Positions 24,920-33,237 of a DNA stretch of 64,000 nt are shown here, in pieces. The notes below the pieces were generated by a model. The model was not told where the DNA came from. It did not search any database and worked only from the letters and a program-made list of their open reading frames with translations. Where the stretch lies: the IMG/VR virus record IMGVR_UViG_3300017917_001342, positions 124,001-188,000 of that record; one strand, given 5' to 3'. The translations under genes were made by a program, and so were the position numbers. How positions within the stretch are numbered: the stretch's first letter is position 1; the number at the start of each line of letters is the position of its first letter.

Positions 24920-24957
24920 GCAGTGGGTCGCAGGTTCGAGTCCTGCAGGGACCGCCA
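24915..24957 (+). pseudogene. 3' half of the disrupted tRNA-Arg(TCT)
   Basis: TCTAA-GCAGT-GGGTC-GCAGGTTCGAGTCCTGC-AGGGACC-GCCA. Confidence 0.75.
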
Positions 24958-25001
24958 TTTTAATTGACACAGTACAAGTTCTGTGCTATAAATAAGTTAA
25001 T

Positions 25002-25076
25002 GCGGGTGTAACTCAGAGGTAGAGTGTCAGCCTTCCAAGCTGTTCGTCGTGGGTTCGATTCCCATCGCCCGCTCCA
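25002..25076 (+). tRNA. tRNA-Gly(TCC)
   Basis: CAGC-CTTCCAA-GCTG. Confidence 0.92.
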
Positions 25077-25082
25077 AATTAC

Positions 25083-25157
25083 AGACTGTTAGTTCATTAG
25101 TAGAACGCTTGCGTGACATGCAAGAGGTAGTGGGAGCGTAACCCACACAGTCTACCA
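25083..25157 (+). tRNA. tRNA-Val(GAC), non-canonical T loop
   Basis: CTTGC-GTGACAT-GCAAG; T loop AGCGTAA. Confidence 0.75.
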
Positions 25158-25167
25158 GATAGAAAAC

Positions 25168-25839
25168 ATGTTCACATATCAACACATACGTAACGAAGTT
25201 AAACGACGCTGTAAAGCACAGCCGGCAACAATGATAGTGCCATGGGTATTAGATTATATCAATGCACACTTAGCAACACTGCCACCTAACAGTGTTATAG
25301 CAGAACTAGGTACATTTGTTGGTGGTACAGCAGTTTTATTTGCACAATCGCATCCATCGTTTGTGATACACACATATGATATAAACAAGTTTGACAATTT
25401 TGCCAACAGTTCAATGCTACAGTCATTAGATAAACGATACGACCTGCCATTGCTTAACAAAGATGATATTGTTGAAATTCAACGGTTGCATTTAGAAGAC
25501 TACCCTAATATAGTAATGCATGTTGAAGATTCGGCTAAGATCACAGTTGATAATTTATCAGCAGTACTAATAGACGATAATCGAGACGAGCACTCACTAT
25601 TTGAGTTGTTACACACTATTTGGCCGTTGTTGAATGATAACGGTATGATTTTTGCAGATGACGCAGATAATCCACATATACACAATGCGTTTTATAAATT
25701 TGCTAAAATCAAAGATTTAGAGTTGACAATATACAGTAAATGCATTAAATTAGTAAAAACAGCAGCAATGTCGGACAAAAGACAGTTTGATTTTAAAGAC
25801 ACCCTGTTGCACAGAATAACAATAGGAGACCACGTATGA
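25168..25839 (+). CDS. class I SAM-dependent methyltransferase
   Basis: IAELGTFVGGT, YDI, VLIDD. Confidence 0.65.
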   Translation: MFTYQHIRNEVKRRCKAQPATMIVPWVLDYINAHLATLPPNSVIAELGTFVGGTAVLFAQSHPSFVIHTYDINKFDNFANSSMLQSLDKRYDLPLLNKDDIVEIQRLHLEDYPNIVMHVEDSAKITVDNLSAVLIDDNRDEHSLFELLHTIWPLLNDNGMIFADDADNPHIHNAFYKFAKIKDLELTIYSKCIKLVKTAAMSDKRQFDFKDTLLHRITIGDHV

Positions 25840-25949
25840 GAAAAGCAGTTCACAAAGCAAACGTTAAGCGTCAGGCGCTTATGCTCAAGCGTGGTTGGGT
25901 AGGTCGAAAGAATCGCAAGCAAAAGCGCATGGCTGTTGCTGCAAGTTAA
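25836..25949 (+). CDS. 37-aa basic peptide
   Basis: AGGAG RBS; MRKAVHKANVKRQALMLKRGWVGRKNRKQKRMAVAAS. Confidence 0.45.
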   Translation: MRKAVHKANVKRQALMLKRGWVGRKNRKQKRMAVAAS

Positions 25950-25956
25950 ATTATTT

Positions 25957-26032
25957 GGGGTGTTAGCTCAGCTGGGAGAGCGGTAGCTTTGCAAGCTTCA
26001 GGTCAGGAGTTCGATCCTCCTACACTCCACCA
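25957..26032 (+). tRNA. tRNA-Ala(TGC)
   Basis: cloverleaf, TTTGCAA loop. Confidence 0.93.
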
Positions 26033-26050
26033 AAATATAAGGATGATATC

Positions 26051-26233
26051 ATGTTTGGTTTTTTGAATTCGACTCTTAAAGCAGCAGCAGCCGTAGTTGA
26101 TATTCCTGTTTCTATTGCAGCCGATGTGGTTACACTTGGCGGAGCATTGACAGATAAAGATACACTGTATACTACAGATGCAGCAAGTCGACTGGTTCAA
26201 AATGTCAAGAACATGACCGATCCAAAGGAATAA
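26051..26233 (+). CDS. small hypothetical protein
   Basis: AAGGA RBS. Confidence 0.65.
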   Translation: MFGFLNSTLKAAAAVVDIPVSIAADVVTLGGALTDKDTLYTTDAASRLVQNVKNMTDPKE

Positions 26234-26234
26234 T

Positions 26235-26309
26235 GCGGAATTAGCTCAGTGGTAGAGCGTCTCGTTTACACCGAGAATGTCGGGAGTTCGAAACTCTCAT
26301 TCCGCACCA
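26235..26309 (+). tRNA. tRNA-Val(TAC)
   Basis: TCTCG-TTTACAC-CGAGA. Confidence 0.92.
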
Positions 26310-26317
26310 TAAACTAG

Positions 26318-26763
26318 TTATAGAACAACTGTTGCGCGGCGCCAATCGGCGAAAGGTTGGGCAGTTGTCATAGCAAAATAGATTTGAGCGATAGAATGTT
26401 ATGCGCGGTGCACTCTGAATGCAACAGGCGATAACAACATGGCAATAATCAAATACCGTTCGTAACGATAGAATGTTATGCGCGATGCCCTTAGAAGGTA
26501 GCAGGCGATAACAACATGGTGAGAACAACAATAGAACATGCGATTTTACTGAATAGACTGCATGTCATTGTAAATTAGAAAGCAGAATACAACATAGTTG
26601 TTGCTATAGAATGTATTCTTTTTATATTAAAATAGACTGCTAAACACTATAGAGCCTGTGTATCACTAACAAAACATTATCTAGTAAGCACAGGCCATAG
26701 ACAAGAAAACTGTTGCTAAACCTATAGAGTAGCTTTTCTTTTAGATAGAAAGGATGCCATAGG
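26318..26763 (+). repeat. array of six hairpins sharing an AGAR/(Y or A)C internal loop
   Basis: NNAT-AGAR-[stem-loop]-HC-ATNN at 26318, 26389, 26466, 26529, 26647, 26722. Confidence 0.65.
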
Positions 26764-26836
26764 AGGCAAAAATAAATTGCAAAATTATCGAATATTCTGC
26801 GTATGAATATCATAATTAGGCATAAATTAACTTAGT

Positions 26837-26912
26837 GCTGTCATAGCTCAGCTGGTAGAGCATCTGATTTGTAATCAGAGGGTCGGGAGTTCAAGTCTCT
26901 CTGGCAGCACCA
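26837..26912 (+). tRNA. tRNA-Thr(TGT)
   Basis: TCTGA-TTTGTAA-TCAGA. Confidence 0.93.
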
Positions 26913-26923
26913 TTCAATACAAT

Positions 26924-26998
26924 GTCGCGTTAGCAAAACGTTAATGCGCTGCCCCGCAAAGGTAGAGGACTGTGGTTAAATTCCCAGACGCGACTCCA
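26924..26998 (+). tRNA. tRNA-Cys(GCA), divergent
   Basis: GTCGCGT/ACGCGAC-TCCA, CTGCC-CCGCAAA-GGTAG; D loop lacks GG. Confidence 0.7.
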
Positions 26999-27005
26999 AT
27001 TCAAT

Positions 27006-27089
27006 GCGACTGTGGTGGAATGGTAGACACGCTAGCTTGAGGTGCTAGTGGCGCAAGCCGTGGAAGTTCGAATCTTCTCAGTCGCACCA
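27006..27089 (+). tRNA. tRNA-Leu(GAG)
   Basis: CTAGC-TTGAGGT-GCTAG. Confidence 0.93.
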
Positions 27090-27129
27090 AATATTTCTCA
27101 ATAGTAGTTTTTTCACAGTAAATATCTTT

Positions 27130-28251
27130 ATGGAAAACACTGATAAAGATTTTTATTGTGCAGCACCGTTTGTGAATAGATCGTACGATCCAAACGGTAA
27201 AGTTAAACCTTGTTGCGAATGGCACAACTTAGATACAACTGTCGACGATGAACAACAGTTGATTTCTCTACGATCTCAATTTTTACAAAACAAACCAAAT
27301 CCCTGTTGTAAAGTCTGTCATAAAACAGAAGCTGCTGGGGTACAATCTACTAGAAATGATTTTAACAACAGGTACGGTAGACCAACTGTACCTGTGCTGC
27401 GTCATTTGGATCTAAGTCTAGGCAATCTATGTAATTTCAAATGTAGAATGTGCAGCAGTTTTTTTAGCACAAAATGGGCCAGTGACGAACAAGCATTGGG
27501 ATTGATTCCACACAAGTTGTACAGACGTACCTGGGATGAATTGAAACATTTAGACATATCAAATGTAGATATGATCAAGTTCAAAGGTGGCGAGCCTTTT
27601 CTAGAACAAGAAACAATGATCAATACCCTAACTGCAATCTTATCTCAAAAAGGCTCGTTAGAAAATATTACAGTTGTTGTAAACACAAATGGATCTATAG
27701 AAATAGAACCAAGATTGATAGAGTTGTTGTCTCTTTGCAAAACTGTTAACTTAACAGTTAGTATAGATGGATACGGTAAAGTAAACGAATATCAACGCAC
27801 AGGCGCAGTATGGAATGTAATAGAAAAAAATCTATTAGATTTTCAAAAAAATCTCAACAATAACTTTGACTTATCTATATGGTCTGTGTGGACTATACTC
27901 AACATTACTAACTTAAAAACACTGTTAGGCTGGGTTACAACCAACTTGCCTAGATACAAAATCTATGGTACTACGCTGCATTTTCCAGAAGAGTTTGCTA
28001 TACGCAATATACCAGACCAACTAAAAACGCAATTTTTTAATGACATTAGCAATTGGTGTGAACTCGATCACAACGACGGTGTGCTAGAAAACAAATTACA
28101 GATTTTAAATGAGTTACAACAACAGCCTATAAAAACGATCAACGAAGTTAAATCTTACATAGATAGCCTTGACAAAGTTAGAAATGAGTCGTTTTCTTTA
28201 ATAGATCCTGTGATGTATGCGGCATTTTTTGAATCAACTGTTGACATATGA
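27130..28251 (+). CDS. radical SAM protein with twitch/SPASM domain
   Basis: CAAPF..PCC, NLCNFKCRMC, GGEPF. Confidence 0.88.
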   Translation: MENTDKDFYCAAPFVNRSYDPNGKVKPCCEWHNLDTTVDDEQQLISLRSQFLQNKPNPCCKVCHKTEAAGVQSTRNDFNNRYGRPTVPVLRHLDLSLGNLCNFKCRMCSSFFSTKWASDEQALGLIPHKLYRRTWDELKHLDISNVDMIKFKGGEPFLEQETMINTLTAILSQKGSLENITVVVNTNGSIEIEPRLIELLSLCKTVNLTVSIDGYGKVNEYQRTGAVWNVIEKNLLDFQKNLNNNFDLSIWSVWTILNITNLKTLLGWVTTNLPRYKIYGTTLHFPEEFAIRNIPDQLKTQFFNDISNWCELDHNDGVLENKLQILNELQQQPIKTINEVKSYIDSLDKVRNESFSLIDPVMYAAFFESTVDI

Positions 28252-28306
28252 TATAAGACCTATTATCTTCTACGCTAATCATTGACAACCCTTGTGAGGT
28301 GACATT

Positions 28307-28693
28307 ATGGCTAGCAAAACTGATATGCTTATTGCTAAAGCACTTAGCACCGATAGCGAAGATGAAGCTATTGCATGCCTTAAAATGGCACGTAAACAAG
28401 GTGCATCTCATACCGCAGTTTCTACTAACAAGTCAACTCAAGACTGGGAAGCACTTGCACGCAAGTATCATAAAATTGCCTATGAAAATCAAGAAGACCT
28501 TAAACGTACCAAAGCTGCATTGAAATCACTGATGGTTTCAAAAACCATACATGCTGCGTACAGCAGTCTACAAGAAAACGATGCTGCTAAACTGCGTAAA
28601 CAGTTGTCGGCAGCAAAGAATGAAACTTACAAATGGAAAATGGTAAGTTTTGGTATACTGTGTTTTTGTACTTTTTTAATGTTTTTGATTTAA
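28307..28693 (+). CDS. coiled-coil protein with C-terminal TM helix
   Basis: GAGG RBS; EAIACLKMARK N-terminus. Confidence 0.65.
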   Translation: MASKTDMLIAKALSTDSEDEAIACLKMARKQGASHTAVSTNKSTQDWEALARKYHKIAYENQEDLKRTKAALKSLMVSKTIHAAYSSLQENDAAKLRKQLSAAKNETYKWKMVSFGILCFCTFLMFLI

Positions 28694-28798
28694 TTTACTG
28701 TTGACAACGTTCAAGTAACACACTATATTAACAACATGAAGCAGCACAAATTGAGTTGAAAAACAAAAAAGTGCTGCTTCAAAAAAAATAAAAAACAG

Positions 28799-28868
28799 TT
28801 GACACGCTGTACGTAAGGTGTTAAAGTAACTGAGTAAACAACAAAACGGTTTACATGCTCTTTAAAAA
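28799..28868 (+). promoter_or_regulatory. sigma70 promoter + hairpin + boxA leader (unit C)
   Basis: TTGACA-17-TAAAGT; GTAAAC/GTTTAC; TGCTCTTTAAAAA. Confidence 0.65.
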
Positions 28869-28914
28869 TTTACATGTGGTCCTAGCGCAAGCGATAATGG
28901 ACAAGAAGCGAAAG

Positions 28915-29036
28915 TTTCTGTTTACACATATTGTAACTGCTTTAGGTAATAGCATTTCGGTAATGCGCACTTGCTTAATCGAGTGAGATACGGTTCGAGT
29001 CCGCACCAAGCAAATTACAATAGCTGTAAACAGAAA
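28915..29036 (+). ncRNA. tRNA-like cloverleaf at the tip of a long helix
   Basis: TTTCTGTTTACA/TGTAAACAGAAA; GCATT-TCGGT-AATGC; CACTTG/CGAGTG; CGG-TTCGAGT-CCG. Confidence 0.6.
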
Positions 29037-29039
29037 TTG

Positions 29040-29920
29040 CACGATATTAACGTTGTGAAACGTGGATGTTGTGTTTACGCATTGGGGGTTTAGCCTCAAC
29101 AGGATAAGTGCAGTGATGCACCCAAAGCTAGAAAGCCTACATACTAGCGCCAGCAGTGGTCCATCTAAACAAGCCTGAACTAGACTTGACTCGGGTTAAA
29201 CCGAAAGCAAGTCCCGTCCGTAGAAAGGCGGTAGGCAGTAAGTTAGGAATAGTGTCCGAAAGGATAGTTGCAGAGCCAGTCGGTGAGCGATAAGAGGGTT
29301 GGCGCCCAAACACTGTTCAGCCAAACTAACGAATGCTGAAAGTTAACAGGTAGGTACAGAGTCTGAGCCCGCAAGCAAAGGCATGGTACCATTTCGAGAG
29401 TGGAAGGGTTAGGCCCCGGATACTTGAAGAAACACTGATTAGTCCGCAAGACGAAAGGTATGAGGTGTGCTGTATTGGGTATGTCAAAAGCATATTCAGC
29501 AGCCGAGGTAGCACATCTCGGATAGGTTGCAAAATCAGCTAATGGTAAGCTAATTCCCTTCTAAGGAATCGATTGCAGGTTCAACTCCTGTTTTTGAAAA
29601 ATGCAAAGTCTACCTCGGTATGTAGTGTAAGGTGTCAAATACTTGAGGCGCAAGCCAATCAAGTTCAACAAAGCTCGCAAGGCAGCGTTGATTTGTGCTA
29701 GAAGTTTCGTAGCCCGCAAGGCTTAATGGTCCGCAAGATCAACGGAAAACAAGGTGCAGAATAGCTACATACGACGAGTCTACTGCCTGACTCTAAAAAC
29801 GGCGACACTGTTAATGGACTAGGTTACCGCAAGGGACTTAGTGGATGTCGGAAGAAAGCGGCTCGCAAGGCTGGCAATAATGTCCGAAGCGTTAACATCG
29901 AACGTGTAATCTCAGCGTTT
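29040..29920 (+). ncRNA. GOLLD-like large ncRNA (5' boundary uncertain)
   Basis: ~0.9 kb without credible ORF, at least 9 GCAA/GAAA-capped hairpins, GGTAGGTAC..GAGTCTGAG, GAGGTAGCACATCTC and terminal GTAATCTCAG blocks recalled from GOLLD; tRNA-cluster context. Confidence 0.6.
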
Positions 29921-29924
29921 GTTT

Positions 29925-29950
29925 TAAAAAGGTCCTTCGGGACCTTTTCT
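29925..29950 (+). terminator. intrinsic terminator
   Basis: AAAAGGTCC-TTCG-GGACCTTTT. Confidence 0.85.
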
Positions 29951-29999
29951 CATGACTGATGCATTGATAAATATTCTGCATTTTAAATGGTATATTACA

Positions 30000-30665
30000 A
30001 TGAGATACAACGAGATCATAGCAGAAGCAGAAGTACCACAAGTCGACATCGAACATCTGGGAAACTGGACGGTATCTCTGAGTAAAGAACCTATTATACT
30101 CAAGTCAGTAACTGGCGACAAACCACAATTTGTAGCCAGAATCACTAACAAACGAAAAACAGGCGTAGTATTCACAGGCGCGGGACCTACACAAGGTGCT
30201 GCTCGCGATGCAGCAATGGCAAATGCTGCAAAAATGGATAGACCCGAAACTGTGAAAAAATATTCACATATCGAATGCCTAATGAACGTAGATTTCATTA
30301 ATACGTACATAGATGACCTATCTAATACGTATTTTAAATTTGTTCGAGACGATAACGACCAAACTGAATTAGTACTTGCTAGCAAGCATTTTGCAAAAGT
30401 ATATGCTAAAGAATTGATTCAACAGGGTTTTATGAAAGCATATCCCCATGCAAATCGTACTGCATGTAGATTCCTAATTAACCAACAAATCATGGAAAAA
30501 TACGGTCTTGTACCAAATATGCGTTACATTCTCAGAGAAGGAGACACTGACGACTATGGTAACCAAATGTTCGAATTGGTACCAACATTTAGGTCACAAG
30601 GACCGTGGGACAGTTTATTGCTAAACACCCCCGGTATGACTATAGCTGCAATTCCAGAGAAATAA
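30000..30665 (+). CDS. hypothetical protein
   Basis: GATAAATA upstream; MRYNEII-type start. Confidence 0.7.
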   Translation: MRYNEIIAEAEVPQVDIEHLGNWTVSLSKEPIILKSVTGDKPQFVARITNKRKTGVVFTGAGPTQGAARDAAMANAAKMDRPETVKKYSHIECLMNVDFINTYIDDLSNTYFKFVRDDNDQTELVLASKHFAKVYAKELIQQGFMKAYPHANRTACRFLINQQIMEKYGLVPNMRYILREGDTDDYGNQMFELVPTFRSQGPWDSLLLNTPGMTIAAIPEK

Positions 30666-30796
30666 TCAAAATACTTAATCTTACACGATTGACAGACTGT
30701 GGTTCTTAGGACACACTATGTACATGATGTTGCTAATCGGACACAGACCGGTAGCAAATCATTACATAGCACACCAGAACAAAATGGAGAACCAAA

Positions 30797-32032
30797 ATGT
30801 CAAGTGCAACGACAACTCTTGTCGCTAATCCCACACGGACAAATGTAGCGGCAACTCAACCTGTTGCAGCAAACTCTACTCAGAGTTATGCTGCTGTTCG
30901 CAATAAGCGATTTTCTAACAAAAAAGGTCTTAGCGTTACTATTGCTAAACGTTGGAACGATCTTGTTGCAGCGATGACCCCAACTGAACAAGCATCAGTA
31001 CAACAGCAATTAAACAATGCAATTGCTGAATTTCAACGGCGCATGCCGCATGTTAAATCCTGGGACGATTTAGATCTAGTTGAATCTAAAACTGTAACAA
31101 TGACTGCAATCTATATCGATGTAACTATTCAGCGTCTATTAGATGTTAATTGGGTATTGAAGATACTGAACAAATTCAAAGAAACCATGGTAATGCCAAT
31201 ATCACTATACAAGGATGATAATGGGGTTTACCATGCTCGAGACGGGCAACACACACTTATCATGCTATGGTTAGTTGCTACTAAGATACTAGGACTAAAC
31301 CCTGACACTGTTCAAGTACCAGTTAACATCTACAAAGATAAAACTCGTGCAGAAGTTCGTGAAAACTTTATCACTAGCAACAGCGACGGTAAACTACCTC
31401 TTGATGCATTTGACATCTACGAGCAAAAAGTAACAGGTGTACGGGTAGATAACAGCAAGAACCCAGAGTGGATCGAAGCAGAACGTAAACAACAACATAT
31501 TGAAAACAACGGATTGTTTGTTACTTCTAAAAAGTTCGGCGATGAAAATCAACCAGGCGCAATTAGTCGTTTGCACGAAATTAACAAAATGACTGTAGAC
31601 GCTGTAAAGAATTGCTGTGAATATCTCAAACTAGTAGGTTGTGACAAGCGACCTGTTAAAGAAAAAGAAATGGTAATGATGGGTCAATTCTTTGATCGTT
31701 GTTATCATGCAGAACAAAAATACAAGTACAATAGAGAAGACGGTGATCCAAAAGTTGTTGTTAATACAGCATTTATTGCTGATCTTGCAACAACCACAAC
31801 AAAGCTTTGGGATGCAGATTTTGCACCAGAAAGCAAATTTTGGAAGAAGGGTGCTGTTGCATATGTGAACTGGCATAAGACTACTGGTATTAATACCAAG
31901 CCAAAGTTTCTAAGCGAACCTGTTCATGGCTTACCTTTTATGCTTGCTTGTTTGAATAAACATTTTGCACATGCGATACCGCAGAATCGCAGCACATCAG
32001 AATTTACTCCAGCAGAAAAGGATCTATTCTAA
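30797..32032 (+). CDS. ParB/sulfiredoxin-like domain protein
   Basis: YIDVTIQR, RDGQHTL motifs. Confidence 0.55.
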   Translation: MSSATTTLVANPTRTNVAATQPVAANSTQSYAAVRNKRFSNKKGLSVTIAKRWNDLVAAMTPTEQASVQQQLNNAIAEFQRRMPHVKSWDDLDLVESKTVTMTAIYIDVTIQRLLDVNWVLKILNKFKETMVMPISLYKDDNGVYHARDGQHTLIMLWLVATKILGLNPDTVQVPVNIYKDKTRAEVRENFITSNSDGKLPLDAFDIYEQKVTGVRVDNSKNPEWIEAERKQQHIENNGLFVTSKKFGDENQPGAISRLHEINKMTVDAVKNCCEYLKLVGCDKRPVKEKEMVMMGQFFDRCYHAEQKYKYNREDGDPKVVVNTAFIADLATTTTKLWDADFAPESKFWKKGAVAYVNWHKTTGINTKPKFLSEPVHGLPFMLACLNKHFAHAIPQNRSTSEFTPAEKDLF

Positions 32033-32517
32033 TGTTGTATGCAGAATATGATGTTGTAAAATCCGCTGCTGTGTTGCGTGCAGAAGTTGGTAAAATCTGT
32101 ATTGTACCAGGTTGTAATGGGCACTTAACTCAGATGCAAGGACCGGGTAGCGGAGTGCTATGTAGAACTCATCAGCTCAAGCAACGTGAATACGGCGGCA
32201 TGGGTAGGATTGACAGACCTTGGACATTCCATCGCAAAAAGCACTGTCAACAATGTGGGTTTAATCCGTTTGAAGATAGTAAAAACCAATACTTTCATCT
32301 CAGTGTTTCAGACCCAGATCTGTGGAATAGATTGTGTAGAAACAAGCTGATAGGTGATCACATTATTAGAAAAGCAGATGGCGGTGAGGACACAGAAGAA
32401 AACATACAAACACTGTGTCTTAACTGTAACAGCGACAAAACTATCTTTAACGAAGACTGGCGCAGACCTGATAAGAAAGTGTTGTTAGACGAAGACAACA
32501 ACGTTATCGAAGACTAA
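32032..32517 (+). CDS. Zn-binding HNH endonuclease
   Basis: DHIIRKADGGEDTEENIQTLCLNCNSDK. Confidence 0.8.
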   Translation: MLYAEYDVVKSAAVLRAEVGKICIVPGCNGHLTQMQGPGSGVLCRTHQLKQREYGGMGRIDRPWTFHRKKHCQQCGFNPFEDSKNQYFHLSVSDPDLWNRLCRNKLIGDHIIRKADGGEDTEENIQTLCLNCNSDKTIFNEDWRRPDKKVLLDEDNNVIED

Positions 32518-32594
32518 CTGAAAGGCGCTAAGCGCCTTTCATATTGACAATAAGTTTTAAATTTGTTAACATAGACTGATTAAAGGATAACATC

Positions 32595-32804
32595 ATGGCT
32601 AAAAAATCTATTACTAAAATCAGCGATAAATTGGCTAAAGTAAACGAAAACTTCACTGTTAACATGTACGACAACGGATTTATGATCGAAGTCGGTGGTC
32701 GCGATCACGACGAAGAATGGGCAACAGTAAAGCTAATGGTAAGCACAGTAGACGAGCTAGTTGCACTAGTTCGTGAAACTGTTGATATGGATCGAGATAA
32801 TTAA
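32595..32804 (+). CDS. hypothetical protein
   Basis: TTGACA promoter, AAGGA RBS. Confidence 0.7.
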   Translation: MAKKSITKISDKLAKVNENFTVNMYDNGFMIEVGGRDHDEEWATVKLMVSTVDELVALVRETVDMDRDN

Positions 32805-32811
32805 TACACAA

Positions 32812-32899
32812 GGACGGGTGCGAGAGTGGTTTAATCGAGCGGTCTTGAAAACCGTCGTACCGCAAGGTACCGTGGGTTCGAATCCCACCCCGTCCGCCA
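32812..32899 (+). tRNA. tRNA-Ser(TGA)
   Basis: GCGGT-CTTGAAA-ACCGT. Confidence 0.94.
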
Positions 32900-33143
32900 T
32901 AATCCCCGTACAATAGTATTGAGGGTCTTATCAAAAACTGTGTTTGTGTAACAACGAGCGTGTTGACCACTAGTGTACATTAACACACGATAAGCGTATG
33001 CTGAAGTACGATAGCGTTCAGTAGGCTACATGATGTGAAGGTGGCAGTTGTGCAGCACAGCTAAAGGAGGATGATACCCCATGCTGCAATATTTGTTGAT
33101 TTTTTGTTTTTTAGACAGTAATATATGTATAAATAAATTTGAT

Positions 33144-33218
33144 GCGGGTGTAGCTCAGGGGTAGAGCGGCGGCTTGCCAAGCCTCAGGTCGTGGGTTCGA
33201 ATCCCATCGCCCGCTCCA
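33144..33218 (+). tRNA. tRNA-Gly(GCC)
   Basis: TTGCCAA loop, TCCA. Confidence 0.9.
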
Positions 33219-33237
33219 TGAATCCAAAAGGTCTTAA

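Noticed and set aside
26389-26519. Two near-identical ~55-nt repeats as a possible CRISPR array
   Set aside because: Only two close copies, the variable part lies inside each hairpin, and no cas genes are present; better explained by the internal-loop array.
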